Positions 1 to 20,150 of a stretch of 64,000 bases of DNA are shown here, piece after piece. Source of the stretch: the human T2T-CHM13v2.0 reference genome, Homo sapiens; the NCBI RefSeq assembly GCF_009914755.1, contig NC_060926.1, one strand, 5' to 3'. The notes under the pieces were generated by a model. That model worked only from the letters and a program-made list of their open reading frames with translations. It did not search any database and was not told where the DNA came from. A program made the position numbers and the translations under genes. Within the stretch, counting starts at the first letter, position 1; each line of letters starts with the position of its first letter.

Positions 1-1434
<1,434 letters not shown>

Positions 1435-1980
1435 AACAGGTGCATGGCCACACAGCTAGCAAGAATTTCAACCAGGTTTGTCAATAGCAATCACTCAGCC
1501 TAGAAAAGCTTTTCTGGTCTCTTTTTTTATCCTAAGGTAAAGAACATATACTTTGGAGAGGATTTTCTCTTTGTCAAATCCCCACTTTTGGGAAGAATTA
1601 TTTGCTAGATGATGCCCTAATAGAACCCACTTTCCAGGTTGTTTCTAAAAGCATTTTTGGTTAAAAAATTAAATGATGCTACTACTACTATAATGAAATT
1701 AGCTCAGGAAGACAAACTCTTAGGCTACACAACAGCCTTCTCAGCCCTTTTGGTTTGGAGTTTTGGGGCTGGCTTTCGAGCTCCGTGGAAGGCCTGATAC
1801 AGAGAGAGGTCTAGTTTAAAAGGCTGAGAGAAGCAACTTCTGGTTTGTTCCTTGTCGGAAATTCTTTTAGATCCATTCCAAGTTCAGGAGAACCTTATGA
1901 ATATGCAAATATACAAGAGATCCCTCACCAACCGAAGACCTTTTTAAATTCTTCAATTAGAAAATACTCCAATAACATAT

Positions 1981-3275
1981 TGTGAATTGGTGGGTTCTTG
2001 GTCTTGCTGACTTCAAGAATGAAGCCATGGACCCTCGCGGTGAGTGTTACAGTTCTTAAAGATGGTGTGTCCAGAGTTTGTTTGTTCCTCCCGTCCGGAG
2101 TTGTTCATCCCTCCCGGTGGGTTTGTGGTCTTGCTGGCTTCAGGAGTGAAGCTGCAGACCTTTGCAGTGAGTGTTACAGCTCATAAAGGCAGAGTGGACC
2201 CAAAGAGTGAGCAGCAGCAAGATTTATTGCGAAGAGTGAAAGAACAAAGCTTCCACAGCGTGGAAAGGGACCCCAGCGGGTTGCCACTGCTGGCTCTGGC
2301 AGCCTGCTTTTATTCCCTAATCTGACCCTACCCACATCCTGCGGATTGGTCCATTTTACAGAGAGCTGATTGACCCATTTTACAGAGAGCTGATTGGTCT
2401 GTTTTGACAGGGTGCTGATTGGTGGGTTTACAAACCTTGAGCTAGACACAGAGTGCTGATTGGTGCACTTACAATCCTTTAGCCAAACACAAAGTTCTCC
2501 AAGTCCCCACTAGATTAGCTAGACACAGAGCACTGATAGGTGCATTTACAAACCTTTAGCTAGACACAAGGTGCTGATTGGTGCATTTACAAACCTTTAA
2601 CTAGACATAGAAGTTCTCCAAGTCCCCACCCCCACCCAGGAGCCCAGTTGGCTTTGCCTACTGGATCCTGCTGCAGGTGGAGCTGCCCACCAGTCCCGGC
2701 GCCACACTCCTGCACTCCTCAGCCCTTGGGCAGTCATGGGACCGGGCGCCATGGAGCAGGGGGTGGTGCCCGTCGAGGAGGCTCAAGGCTCGGGCCGCAT
2801 GGGAACCCACTGGGGGTGGGGGGGCTTGGGCATGGCGGGCTGCGGGTCCTGAGCCCTGCCCCACGGGGAAGTGGCTGAGGCCTGGCGAGAATTTGAGCGT
2901 GGTGTGGGCAGGTGGGGGACCTGGCGCACCTTCCGCAGCTGCTGGCCCAGATACTAAGCCCCTCACTGCCCGTGGCCAGCGGCACTGGCCAGCCGCTTCC
3001 AGTGCAGGGCCGACTGAGCCTGCCCCCACCCGGAACTCATGCTGGCTCTCAAGGGACGCGCAGCCCTGGTTCCCAGCCCGTACCTCTCCCTCTTTACCTC
3101 CCCGCAAGCAGAAGGAGCCAGCTCCGCCCTCGGCCAGCCCAGAGAGGGGCTCCCACAGTGCAGTGGCGGGCTGAAGGGCTCCTCAAGCGTGGCCAGAGTG
3201 GATGCTGAGACAGAGGAGTCGCCGAGAGTAAGCGAGGGCTGCTAGCACGGGCTGCTAGCATGTTGTCACCTCTCA
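1981..3275 (-). mobile_element. LTR12 (ERV9) solo LTR, antisense to MYO3B
   Basis: TG...CA ends; reverse strand begins TGAGAGGTGACA; tandem GCTGATTGG (CCAAT) repeats at 2340-2585; 4-bp TSD ATAT at 1977-1980 and 3276-3279. Confidence 0.93.
2300..2600 (-). promoter_or_regulatory. LTR12 U3 promoter: NF-Y CCAAT array and AATAAA TATA-like box
   Basis: Five ATTGG boxes and two variant boxes on +; cttttatt at 2307-2314 reads AATAAAAG on -. Confidence 0.6.
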
Positions 3276-3290
3276 ATATCACCTATTCTA

Positions 3291-3641
<351 letters not shown>

Positions 3642-4242
3642 TTACAGATAAGCATTAGCATTTCCAGGTTGTATATGTCAAAGGATAGGTTTTTACTTTA
3701 TTTCCAAACATCACTCTGTATGTGATTGCAAGGACAGAATTTAAAGTCCTGTTGAAACACAGATGCTGTGCAGTTAGACAGGGCCCGTCACTAGCTGGGA
3801 GCTACCTCCTGACCACGTAGCCTTATAACTTTTAGAGTGCAAATTGGTGCTTAACTCTGCATTTTTCCAATTTGCTGTAGGAAACTGGTGCTGATCTTGA
3901 AAACAATACAGATTATTCCTTTTATTTATTTATATTTTATTTGTGCAGATTTATGGGGTACATGTGAAATTTTCTTATAAGAGTATTCCTTTTAAATTGT
4001 GTTTCAGCTGAATTAATACACATCAAGGATTTTTTGGTCACTAAACTTAAATTCTCAAATGCTAAGTGTCTGTTATAAGTTCTGAGGGAGGGTAATAGGT
4101 CAATTCATAAACATCTACCAATAGAAAATTATAAATGAGCTTTTCAGCTGCCTGGGGGGCTGGTGCTCACTAGTTAATTTGAATAAAAAGGGAGGGAAAT
4201 GAAGGAGGAAAAGCCAGGTTCAAAGCAAGAGGTGCTTCTTCA

Positions 4243-5240
<998 letters not shown>

Positions 5241-6447
5241 TCAAAATGTCAAACCTACAGGCAGTTATATCATTGTTTCAGCTGCATGTGAATGGACTGA
5301 TGGCATCGGCCGTGCAGCTCATTAAAATAAAGCTGCACTGTCTCTGATGTCTTCGCTTGGGTCATAGAGCTGCTCACTGATAGGTAGTTTTTCTAGGTTT
5401 TGAAAACTTAGCTCCATGTTTTCTCCCCTTCTTAAATGAACCTGTTTTCTTTACCCATCCCAGTTGAAGCATTTCCTTCCATTTTGCATACAGTCTCCCA
5501 CATACTCCTTTAGGCAAGCCTCTTTATTCACCCCTCCTAACTCTCACCCCTTTTAGCACCAGTTTTTCACTTTCATTGAACAAGGCTGCAGACATCCTCA
5601 CCCCATGGGAAGGTGGCTGCCTGGACGGCAGTCCACCCAGCCTAACCCACATGCTGACAGCAGTGTCTTCCATCTCAAACATTTCTGCTTTATACCCTTG
5701 CCACCTGTTCAGAGCAGATGGGAAGCTGCCACGGCAAGGCCAGTGCTAAATGCCACTCATGCACTCTGCAAACCAAAGCAGGGTTTTTGTTGTTGCATTA
5801 TAATAATGGAACACAGGCTGCTTGCAGTCAGCCCCTACAATTGTTTTCATCAATCAGTTCCTTTCAGTCAGCCCAGGTAGTTGGGATAGATATTGAGAAC
5901 AGGTGCATTCCATTGGGTTTCCGAGTGATTTGGTGCCTGAGCTCCTATCTGCAATGAGCACATGGGAACTGTGGGTGGTAGGAGGAGTCTGATGGTTGCA
6001 GCATCAGAGTCTGACGACATGGAAGGCAACTGGTGCTGGCCTAATTCCCTGTGGTACAACCTGGGCTTTGGGGCCATCACGTCTTTATAATCATTTCGCC
6101 TCATGGCCCTTTGCCAAGTTTCCTTTTAAGCAATAGTTTGGTCTCATATGACCTTACTGGAGAATTTAACAGGGGTTCATTAGAAGATGTAGAAGTATAG
6201 AAATAAGAGGGGTTTACACTGAAACCACATGGTATTTTATAGAGTGAGGTATTGTCAAATGAGTAGAACAATGCATATTCTTTCGTTTCTATGTTTTGAA
6301 AAATTCTCCCCACAGTATACACTATTGTGTCCTAAATACCATGGCCCCTCAGGTATTTGGCCAAACAGGCTTTCGGATTTTGGAAGACATGGAGCATGAG
6401 GTAAGTGCCTAGATCCTCAAACCACTTGCCTCCACCTATGCTTCCAG

Positions 6448-6525
6448 GTGGACACTCTGGAGGTGATACGGCATCCGGAAGAAACCACCAACATGAAGAG
6501 GCAAACTGTGGCTTCTTACTTCCGG
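6448..6525 (+). CDS. MYO3B: MYO3B coding exon (motor domain, loop 2/helix W region), [26 protein letters not shown]
   Basis: cttccag| acceptor and CGG|gtatgg donor; 78 nt, phase 0-0; joins in frame to YSLMDL of the next exon; TVASYFR is typical of class III myosins. Confidence 0.93.
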
Positions 6526-7149
6526 GTATGGAGTCTTCTTGATCTCTATTCTGCCTGCTTCCAAAACGGACTGTCTAAGCCTTCTTATGAGATGCCCAGA
6601 TGGAGTCAGTGAAACAAGGGCAAAGCACAGAGTCAAGAAAGATTGGGTTGGGGAAGTGGTGGAAGCAAGGAAGGAAGAGAACATTGGGCACAAAACCCTG
6701 CCCATTAAGTGACTGATTCTGTTAGCATATGAGCTGCTTCTTGGTCTTAAAGCTACTAGAGGCAGCCACTTTTCTAGCATACTGAATAGTAAAGTAGTTA
6801 ATAAAGTTCCAGAAGGTGGCTTATAAGTTCAGATACTGAGAGAATCTGTCTTAGCATTGACTTTATTTTCCTAGATTGAATTGACCCCTTGTAAAACCCA
6901 CTTGTCTGAGCCCTATTATTTCCCATTTCTGCCATCCCTATTTCTGATACTTCATCTAGTTAAATGCCTCCTTTGGGTAAAAACATGGTCTCTAGAAGGG
7001 CTCTGTTAAATGCACATTATATAGCAAAGATAAGACATATACACTCTTGCACAGATTTGTTTGTCTTCAAATTATAAAGCGTTAGAGTTGGAAGGCCCTT
7101 AGAGACTGGGAGCTAAGGTCCAGATAGTTTCACAATAGAAATACTGTTA

Positions 7150-7664
<515 letters not shown>

Positions 7665-7891
7665 CTAGCCAATTGTGCTTCAGAGGCAGGCTAGAATTGG
7701 GCTCGGTATGAATTGCAGGGGCCCCAGACCTTCGAATCCAGTATTCCATCCATGCATTGAGTCGTGCTATAGCATCTGTGGAAGGTGGGCCCCTGCCTCA
7801 TCATTCTGATGTTTGGTTATTTATAATTGCTACTTATTTCTTATATTGAGACACACCTGGTCCTATCCCCTTGAGTGGCTCTATCCTCATC

Positions 7892-8627
<736 letters not shown>

Positions 8628-9585
8628 TCCTCCTGGTAACCCTTGGTGTCTGTATGTGTTTCCCACTGGATTTAGTAGCTCTATTTACTCTGTGAAGTGA
8701 TCCTCAAGATCTTAGGGCCCCCCTATCAGCAGAAAAGCCTCTGGCTACGGTTTTTCAGAAATATACCCATACAACCAGTTTGGTGTTCTCAAAATACCCG
8801 TTCACGAATGCTAAACCTGAAAAATAAGTTACCTTGGAAACTAGGTAACACCAATTTTGATCTGTAGGAGCAGTGACTATGAAATAATGGAACTGAGTTC
8901 CTTTGGCTTATAATAGCTCCTGAAGGTGAGCCCAGAAGAGCTCCAGCAGTGGATGCCCCTGAGGAACAACTGAGGCCCTCCCTCACAAGCACCCCCCTGA
9001 TTTTCCGTGTCCTTGCTCCCCTCTTGCTGTGAGAGCCCTGTACCAGCTGCTTGGTGTATGTTAGTTGATAGTCACCACAGTCTTCTTTTTGGTACTTCTC
9101 TCATTTTCTTTGCCTTGTTTTTGTATTTTTCTTTTCTGTCCCACTACCTTATTACCAATCGTATCTGTAGGATTTGCTTAGACTATCTGGTGGTTCTTAG
9201 GCTGAAGAAGCAAATAGCCCCTTCCTCAAAAGCTGGACATTTTAAATTACAGATACAGATTGTGGAACATCACCTTGGAATACCAGCGACAAGCATTCTA
9301 GTTCTGGCGGTGGAATTACAGGATAACCTAGATAGAGCATGTTCTTAGCTAAGTTTCTGCCATATGGGATATTGCTTGGCACTAGGTGATGTTTAAAGAA
9401 TGGTTTTGAATCTGCAGATGGCTATAAGTGCAACTTACATTATTATCTCCTATTGCTGATTTCATGTTCTTCCTCAAGAAGGTCTGTGAGCCTCGAACTG
9501 CTCCAGAGGCTTCTGCGGGCCTGTGTTGTAACTATCCATTGTGTTGGTGGTAACCTTGTTCCTTGTGCATTTTTCTCCCTGGTAG

Positions 9586-9791
9586 TATTCTCTGATGGAC
9601 CTGCTCTCCAAAATGGTGGTTGGACAGCCCCACTTTGTGCGCTGCATTAAACCCAATGATGACCGAGAGGCCCTGCAGTTCTCTCGAGAGAGGGTGCTGG
9701 CCCAGCTCCGCTCCACAGGGATTCTGGAGACAGTCAGCATCCGCCGCCAGGGCTATTCCCACCGCATCCTTTTTGAAGAATTTGTGAAAAG
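9586..9791 (+). CDS. MYO3B: MYO3B coding exon (motor domain), [26 protein letters not shown]...[24 protein letters not shown](R)
   Basis: Pyrimidine tract plus ggtag| acceptor; AG|gtcaga donor; canonical myosin [10 protein letters not shown] and SH1-helix motifs; overlaps ORF 9595..9897. Confidence 0.97.
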
Positions 9792-10169
9792 GTCAGACCG
9801 TCATCTACGGGAATGCATTCTTATAAATGTAGCTCTACTCTGGCCATCCCTGTGTCCTAAGATTGTTCCTCCTGCGTGCTCTCCTCCAAACATGTAATTG
9901 GCTAGTTGCCAGCTACCATTTACTTGCTTGAATGTTGCATTTTTATTGTGCTTCAACTAAACTGCAGTGATCCAGCAGCCAGATTAAGCTTCCTTCTGAT
10001 CACATTATTTTAAATTTCCATATACGTTTATATGTTATAAATCCTTAGGTCTCAAGTTCTCCAGGTATTTTGTTGTTATGATGAAAGTATCCCTCCATAA
10101 GTGGGCCGGATTTGAATGCACCCAAGCACCAGTTCTTCTTCCAGGTTCTGGCATGATATAATACGATAA

Positions 10170-10430
10170 TTAACACTTACATAACACCTGAAGTATCATA
10201 AGAGTACAGGACATTTTAGGGCACTATTCTAAAATGTATTATCTCATTTGATCCATAGAACAACCCTATAAGCTAGACTCTATTATCATCCCCATTTTAC
10301 AAAACGTAAAGGTGAGAAAACTTGGGTATGAAAAGAAAGTAAGTGATTTTCCCATGGTCTCATGCTGGTCAATGTAGAACCAGGATTTGAACCCAGGCAG
10401 TCTGGTTTCAGCATGCATGCTTTTAATCTC
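10170..10430 (-). mobile_element. MIR
   Basis: MIR core motifs tattatcatccccattttaca and ggatttgaacccaggcagtctg. Confidence 0.7.
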
Positions 10431-11958
10431 TTCAGTTCAGTGCATTCAATCAATATTTATTGAAATAAATTGCATGGCACTTTCTTAACCCAGAAAGTGC
10501 CTTTGCCTAAGAATGAAATGCTGCTCTTTTCTGAACGACTGCCATAGAGATTATGTATGAATGTGATTACAAGTAGAATTTTCTGTGAAGAAATAAGGAA
10601 AACAGTAACAAAAAAAAAACACCCCTGAGAAGCACTGCTGTCTGAGGATGCCTGGAGAGGAATATTGAAATCCATTGTATGCCTGACAAAGACAAGGCAA
10701 TCAAGAAAAAAAAAATACATTGTAGAATCTGCCTCACTCCTTAAGCCATCCTTAGTGTCTTTTTACTTCCACTCTGAAACATGTGCCCAAAGTCATTTTT
10801 TCCAAAATTTTCTCAGGAGAGGATGAGTCATAAATATGGTAGCTTGCTTTGTCACGTCTCCCAAACTCTGCTAAATTCCATGGAAAAGATAAGGCAAAAA
10901 AAAAAAAAAAAGTTCCTTGCAATGAGAGCTTTTAAATTAAAAATAAGAAGGAAATGGCTTTTTTTTTTTAAGTGTCTTTGAGCTCCTTTTTTCCTCTTAA
11001 ATTTGGAAGTGGAACAAGAAAAAAAATTTAGCACATGAATTTGACTAGTCAAGTATTTTTTGTAACAATGTTTGAATACATAAAAATATTTAAGAAAACA
11101 GGTCAAATGCTGAACAGATTGGCACTTCTTTGTTCATAATCAGAAAGCCATTAGGCAAGTATGAACAGGAGTTTCAAAATGCCAGTAAATCTGAGGATAT
11201 CAAAGATTTCTGAGCCAGCAAGTTAATTGGTATTTTGATCCTTTTGAACCACTTAACAAAATGGATGAGTTAGCAGTTTTCTCCCTTGATGTTATTCAAC
11301 AAATAGGTACACTTCTTATCTTCCTGTTCAAGAGTGCTGTTTTGTAAACTCTTAGCAGGAAATATGCAGACAGGACAATCAAAGACAGGAAACAGAGCCA
11401 TTCAAGGTTTATTAAATGGAGGTAAATAAAAGATAAAAACTCATTTAATGTGACTCTACATTTTTGTATTTTCTGGCATTCAGGACTGAAACCCTGAGTA
11501 TACACCTGGTGGTGTTCTTGGGATCATGTTGTTGGGTTCCAGAAAGGGGAAAGACTTCCCCAGTTCCCAAATTACCCAAGTCTGCAGGCTTGGCCAAGCC
11601 TAAAATACTTTCTTGCCCCTATTATCTTTGAGCTTTCTGGCAAAATGACTTGGAAGTGCCCTTCCTTATCCTCTACTCATGGAGCCTTTGAGGAAGAGGG
11701 TGTCCCCAACATCCTCTCATCAATAGGGCCAGGTGAATTGGAAGTCTTTATGTTCTCGACTAGGCATGAAAGAGGCCACCTGGAAATGCTGGAGCCACAC
11801 TGTTGAGGGACGTCATAGAAAAGCAATCTAAGCATTTATTGTTTTTATGGTCAGTGGATTCTGATGCATAGTCTCTCAGAATGTCTACAGAGGGCAAACA
11901 CATAACTGCATGTATTGGGATGTGTTCTGGCAAATGTCTAAAACATAGGGCTGAGTCA

Positions 11959-12228
11959 GGCTGGGCGTGATGGCTCACACCTGTAATCCTAGCACTTTGG
12001 GAGGCAGGCACATCACCTGAGGTTAGGAGTTCGAGACCAGCCTGGCCAACATGGTGAAATCCTGTCTTTACTAAAAATACAAAAATTAGCTGGGTGTGGT
12101 GGCTACTTGGGAGGCTGAGCCAGGAGAATCGCTTGAACCCAGGAGGCGGAGGTTGCAGTGAGCCAAGATCGTGCCACTGCGCTCCAGCCAGGGCGACGGA
12201 GTGAGACTTCCTCTCAAAAAGATAAAGA
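11959..12228 (+). mobile_element. AluS with small internal deletions
   Basis: Alu consensus lacking the second CCTGTAATCCCA; TSD atagggctgagtc. Confidence 0.93.
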
Positions 12229-12834
12229 ATAGGGCTGAGTCTAATTGTTTGTTTATGAAGCTATTGTAGTAAATAATGCAGTTTAGTAAGGAGACCTGAA
12301 TTCTAGTCTCCTTCGGTATATAACATCTGGAAAGTAACCCAATATTCTGTAAAAGATGTTTCCTCACCTGCATGACAAGAAGGCAGGAATATACAAAGCC
12401 CACATTCTAAAGATTTTCAAGGATTACTTGCAGATGCCTGGGGCTTACTTAGTTTCTAAGTCTTCTAGGGATTTTTGCCTTCCCAGTCGAGCTCGCTGGA
12501 TGAGAGACCTGCATCTACCAGGCTGTGATGCGTAACAGTTGTTAACCATTGAACAAAATGAAACTCTTCCCTCTTCTCTTTCATTGGCATCTTCCATTTC
12601 TTCTCATGATGGCGTGGAGAACCATGGTGTCTTGGTATCTCTTTCATCTCATTCTCCTTTCTGTTCCTTCACTCTCTCTCTTCCAGAAACTAGGAGTCAC
12701 CTTTGACTTCTCCTCACTTCCTTTAAATAATCCATCACCAGGTCCAGCTCACTACCTGCTAAAGTTTCTAAAAAATGTTCCCTTGGGAATCTCTCATCCC
12801 TTCTCCCATAGCTTTAGTCCAGCCCTTTTGTTAT

Positions 12835-15172
<2,338 letters not shown>

Positions 15173-15618
15173 TTAAAACGTTTTTTTTGCTCACCCTCTT
15201 GCCAGTTTTCTAAGTGGACTTCCTGCCTATTTCATTCTCCAAAGAGACAGCAGAATAGAATTTGTTAAAATTCCTATCTGAGCATATTGTTTCCTTGATT
15301 AAAATGACCATCCAGGCCCCCATGGGGTGAGCTGCAGTGCTCTGGCCTGGTGTAAGGGAGTCCACCTGATTTGGCCCCTGCTTACTTTCCTAGTCTCTTC
15401 TCTCATTTTCCACATCTCAGATCACACTCCAGCCAAAATTGAATTACTTGGTGTTCCCTAACCATCCCAGGCTGTTCTAGTCTTTTGTGCTTTGCTCAGG
15501 CTATGTCGACTAAATCTGCCTTCTCCAAGCCCTCAGTCTGCTGTCTTAGCCAAGCTAAATCCTACTCATTCCTTAGGTCTTTGACCAGGCATTAACTTTT
15601 CTGTGATACCCTCCTTGA

Positions 15619-16082
<464 letters not shown>

Positions 16083-16159
16083 AACTTCAGCTCACTTTAT
16101 GTCTGTATTGTCCGATGCAGTGCCTGGCACGAATTCAGTGTTTAATTAATATTTGTTGA

Positions 16160-16530
<371 letters not shown>

Positions 16531-17496
16531 GTTTTATCACTATTTTCTTTTATCATCCCTTGACTCACACTTTGATCCTTGCTCTTTGAAATATATGACA
16601 GATACCTAGAACTGGCTTTGTTGAGGTTAAGTTTTCCTTGTACTGTAGTGTACAACCTAGATTGATAGAATGTAAGATTTCAGGTAAGTCATAGTAGCTC
16701 TTTATCAATAAAAGGTAAGAAACCTAAATAAGTTGATTTAAAATAAGGCTGTAACCCAGTTTGACAATGCTATTATTAGAAGTTAATACATTGAAAGGCT
16801 AACTTTAAACAAATTTGCCTCCCTTCTCTATAACAAAAATGATTTTTTTTCGAAATCCAAAGAGATAAGCTTAATAGGACAAGGAAGACTCTCTCGTTTT
16901 CCAGCTTCTTCTCTCTCATCTCCCCATCTCTCAGCTCGTACTCCAGAAAAAAAGAAACCACTTGGAGCTTCCTAACACAGCCTACGTACATTTTATGAAA
17001 GCACCATTCTGTGAAAGCAGGCTGCTTACTTGGTATGTTAGTTAGGAACCTCTCAATAACAAGTAACTGAAACTCAAACTAGTTGAAGCAACAATTAAAA
17101 GGGGATGACATATTGGCTTAGGAAATTAGGAAATCCAAAGACATGTCTGGATCCAGGCAATCAAACAGTTTTACCAAGCCAGTGTCTTTTTCCTTGTATC
17201 AGGTTTCTTTTTCCCTTTTTTGAGTTTCTGATAAGGAGCCAGATTAGCTCTCCTTACATGTTGGCAAAGATGGTCCCTGGATGCTCCTATAGAAAGCATT
17301 CTATAGGCTTAGCAACATTAGCAGCAAGAGAGTTTCTGAGAGTTCTTATGCAAGGAACTCTCTGACTCTCTGAGCCTGGATCACATGCCCACCCTTGAGC
17401 CAATTACTGTGCCCAGGGGTATGATTGGCAGGGTCTTGGGTCAACTGCCAGGGATGGAGTCAACCCCACTTGAACCATGGCCTAATGGACTCTTTA

Positions 17497-17855
<359 letters not shown>

Positions 17856-18323
17856 GATAGGCATCCATTACCCTTAGTTTTGACTATTCTGTGTCCTAGA
17901 ATAAATGACAACAGTTCAGAAAGGTTCACCTTAGCCCAGATATCTACCTATAGGAGCCCTTTAATTTAGAATTTCGTAGGAACAAAAATTTTGCTGACAA
18001 TAACTGAATGTTAACTTTGGAATAAGAACTAAATATATATAGTTACTATCGTTTTCACTTAAGAATGGTCATCTTGTTTTGTTTAAACACGACTTCACAT
18101 AGCATACAGTGGGTTATTGAAAATAGTTTCCAGCTCCACTTCACTAAGGGATTAGAGAAAACTCAGTCTATTCTGGCCCAGTTTGAATTTATCTTCTTGC
18201 ATTTGACACAGTTCTCTGACTCTCTCACCCATGATGTTCTTGTCCCACCTAGGACCCAGCATAGAAGTGCTGCATGTCACTATGTCACTTCCCTTTCGCA
18301 GGGTCTCTTCTCTTAGCCTCTAT

Positions 18324-18624
18324 TTGTGTTTTGTTTGTTGAGATAGGGCCCTGCTCTGCTGCCTAGGCTGGAGTGCAGTGGCATGATCATGGTTCACTGC
18401 AGCTTTGAACTCCTGAGCTCAAGCAATTCTCCTGCCTCAGCCTACAAGCAACCGAAGACTACATGTGCAAACCACCATGCCTGGCTAATTTTTTAATTTT
18501 TTGTAGGGACAATATCTCATTATGTTGCCTAAGCTGGTCTCAGACTCCTGGGCTCAAGCTATCTATCCTCCCACCTTGGCCTCCCAAAGTGCTGGGATTA
18601 CAGGTGTGAGCCACCACGTCCAGC
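18324..18624 (-). mobile_element. AluJ
   Basis: Diverged reverse Alu (gatcatggttcactgcagc, ctgggctcaagc). Confidence 0.9.
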
Positions 18625-18871
18625 TTATTCTCTCCTTTTGAGTATTTCCTGCCATACTTTCAGAATACTAATCAATCTTTCAGCTGAATTTTTGCTTACA
18701 CTTTGTGCCTTGCTAACTCTAGTCTCTGTTTACCTTACATGATCCTTTATACTGCCACCAGAATTACGTTTATAAAAATATCAAGATGATCATGTCACTC
18801 TCAGGAATAAACTTCTGTGCCTCTTCTTCGTTGTCTATGGGACGAGGTCTAAAGCCTTTAGCTCAGCAAAG

Positions 18872-20150
18872 TGAGGAGGCAAAGCAATTCCATCTTGGAC
18901 ATTAACTTGCCATGTTAACTTCTGCTTAACCCCAGTTCCAGCAATTCCTCTAAGATTTTTATTTTATTTACTGTTTCTTCTGCAAGAGCATCTACTTACC
19001 ATAAATCCCGCCCTTAGGTAAGAACAACCTTGACCATAAATCCTGCCCTTAGGCAGATTTACACAGCATTCTTGCTTTTCCCTGGGAGGTTAACTTTGAT
19101 TATCCTACACATTCCTTTCCTTTTGAAATGGGAGTGTTCCCTGTCCCCCCCCCACAGGACATGCGACAAGGGTGTGGCTCGTCTGTTTGGTCACCACCAC
19201 TGCTGAAACCACCTGCGGGAAGGGGAGCACGTGGATGGACACGTGCAGGAGCTGGGACAAGCGCTGTGGGTTCCAGCCCCACTCTCCAAGTAGTGTCTAG
19301 GAGTGGGGTGTCTGCAACTCCCAAAGCCCAAGTGGGCATGTTACAGTGCACTCTTTCAGCTTTGCTGTCCGCAGATGGCTTAAGTGTTAAACCAGCTCAG
19401 TGGACCCTCTGCCTTTTCCCAAGGGTAGTGGGCCAGTGTGATAGCTTTCTGTATCCCAAGCTCTTGTCTTGCGCCCCAGAAGAATCAGGTCATACATGGG
19501 CTTGAAGGATGAATGCAGGGGTTTTATTGAGTGGTGGAAGTGGCTCTCAGTGGGATGGATGGAGAGCTGGAATGGGGATGGAATGGGAAGATGATCTTCC
19601 TCTGGAGTTTGGCTGTCCAGTGGCCAGACTCCTCTCCAACTGCCCCTAGCAGAACTCCTCTCAGCCTTCAGATACTCCTTCTATTCTCTTTCTCTGCCAT
19701 GCTGTTGTGCCATGCTCTGCTTGTCTTCTCATCTGCTCTGGAGCCTGGGGTTCGTGGTTTGTATGGGTGCAAAATAGGGGATGTGGTGGGCCCAAAGGCA
19801 ATTTTTTGGGTGCAAAAACAGGAATACCTGTCCTTATTTAGGGCCATGGGTATTCAGACTTGAGGGTGGGACCATTGCCGGGGAACCATCCTCTTCTACC
19901 GAGTATTTCCCTGTCTTCTGTTCATATCACTTTCCTATGGTATATAAGCACTGGGTTGGGGGTTAATGGCCCAGGGATCCTCCATCTTGTCCCACTGCCA
20001 TCCTAGACACAGACATGGCTTTTGTTCATAAATCTCTATTAAATGTTTCTTTCTTTCTAAGGAACCGGATATGTCAGCCTCTTTCTTTGGACTCTCAGCT
20101 TCCTTAGACTTTTGGGGGTAGGTTTGCCTAGGCCTGCCTACTGCAGAACA
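18872..20150 (+). mobile_element. Solo LTR (LTR47/MER72-like) hosting a nested LTR
   Basis: TG...CA ends; 5-bp TSD CAAAG at 18867-18871 and 20151-20155; tatataag and attaaa in the 3' half. Confidence 0.75.
19124..19929 (-). mobile_element. MER52-like ERV1 solo LTR
   Basis: Reverse strand begins TGATATGAACAGAAGACAGGGAAATACTCGGTAGAAGAGG; 4-bp TSD CTTT at 19120-19123 and 19930-19933. Confidence 0.8.

Noticed and set aside
1998-3282. Cluster of overlapping 60-165 aa ORFs on both strands
   Set aside because: All lie within the GC-rich LTR12, where stop codons are rare; no protein motifs.
6436-6780. 114-aa minus-strand ORF overlapping a MYO3B exon
   Set aside because: Antisense shadow of the exon plus intron; no recognisable domain.
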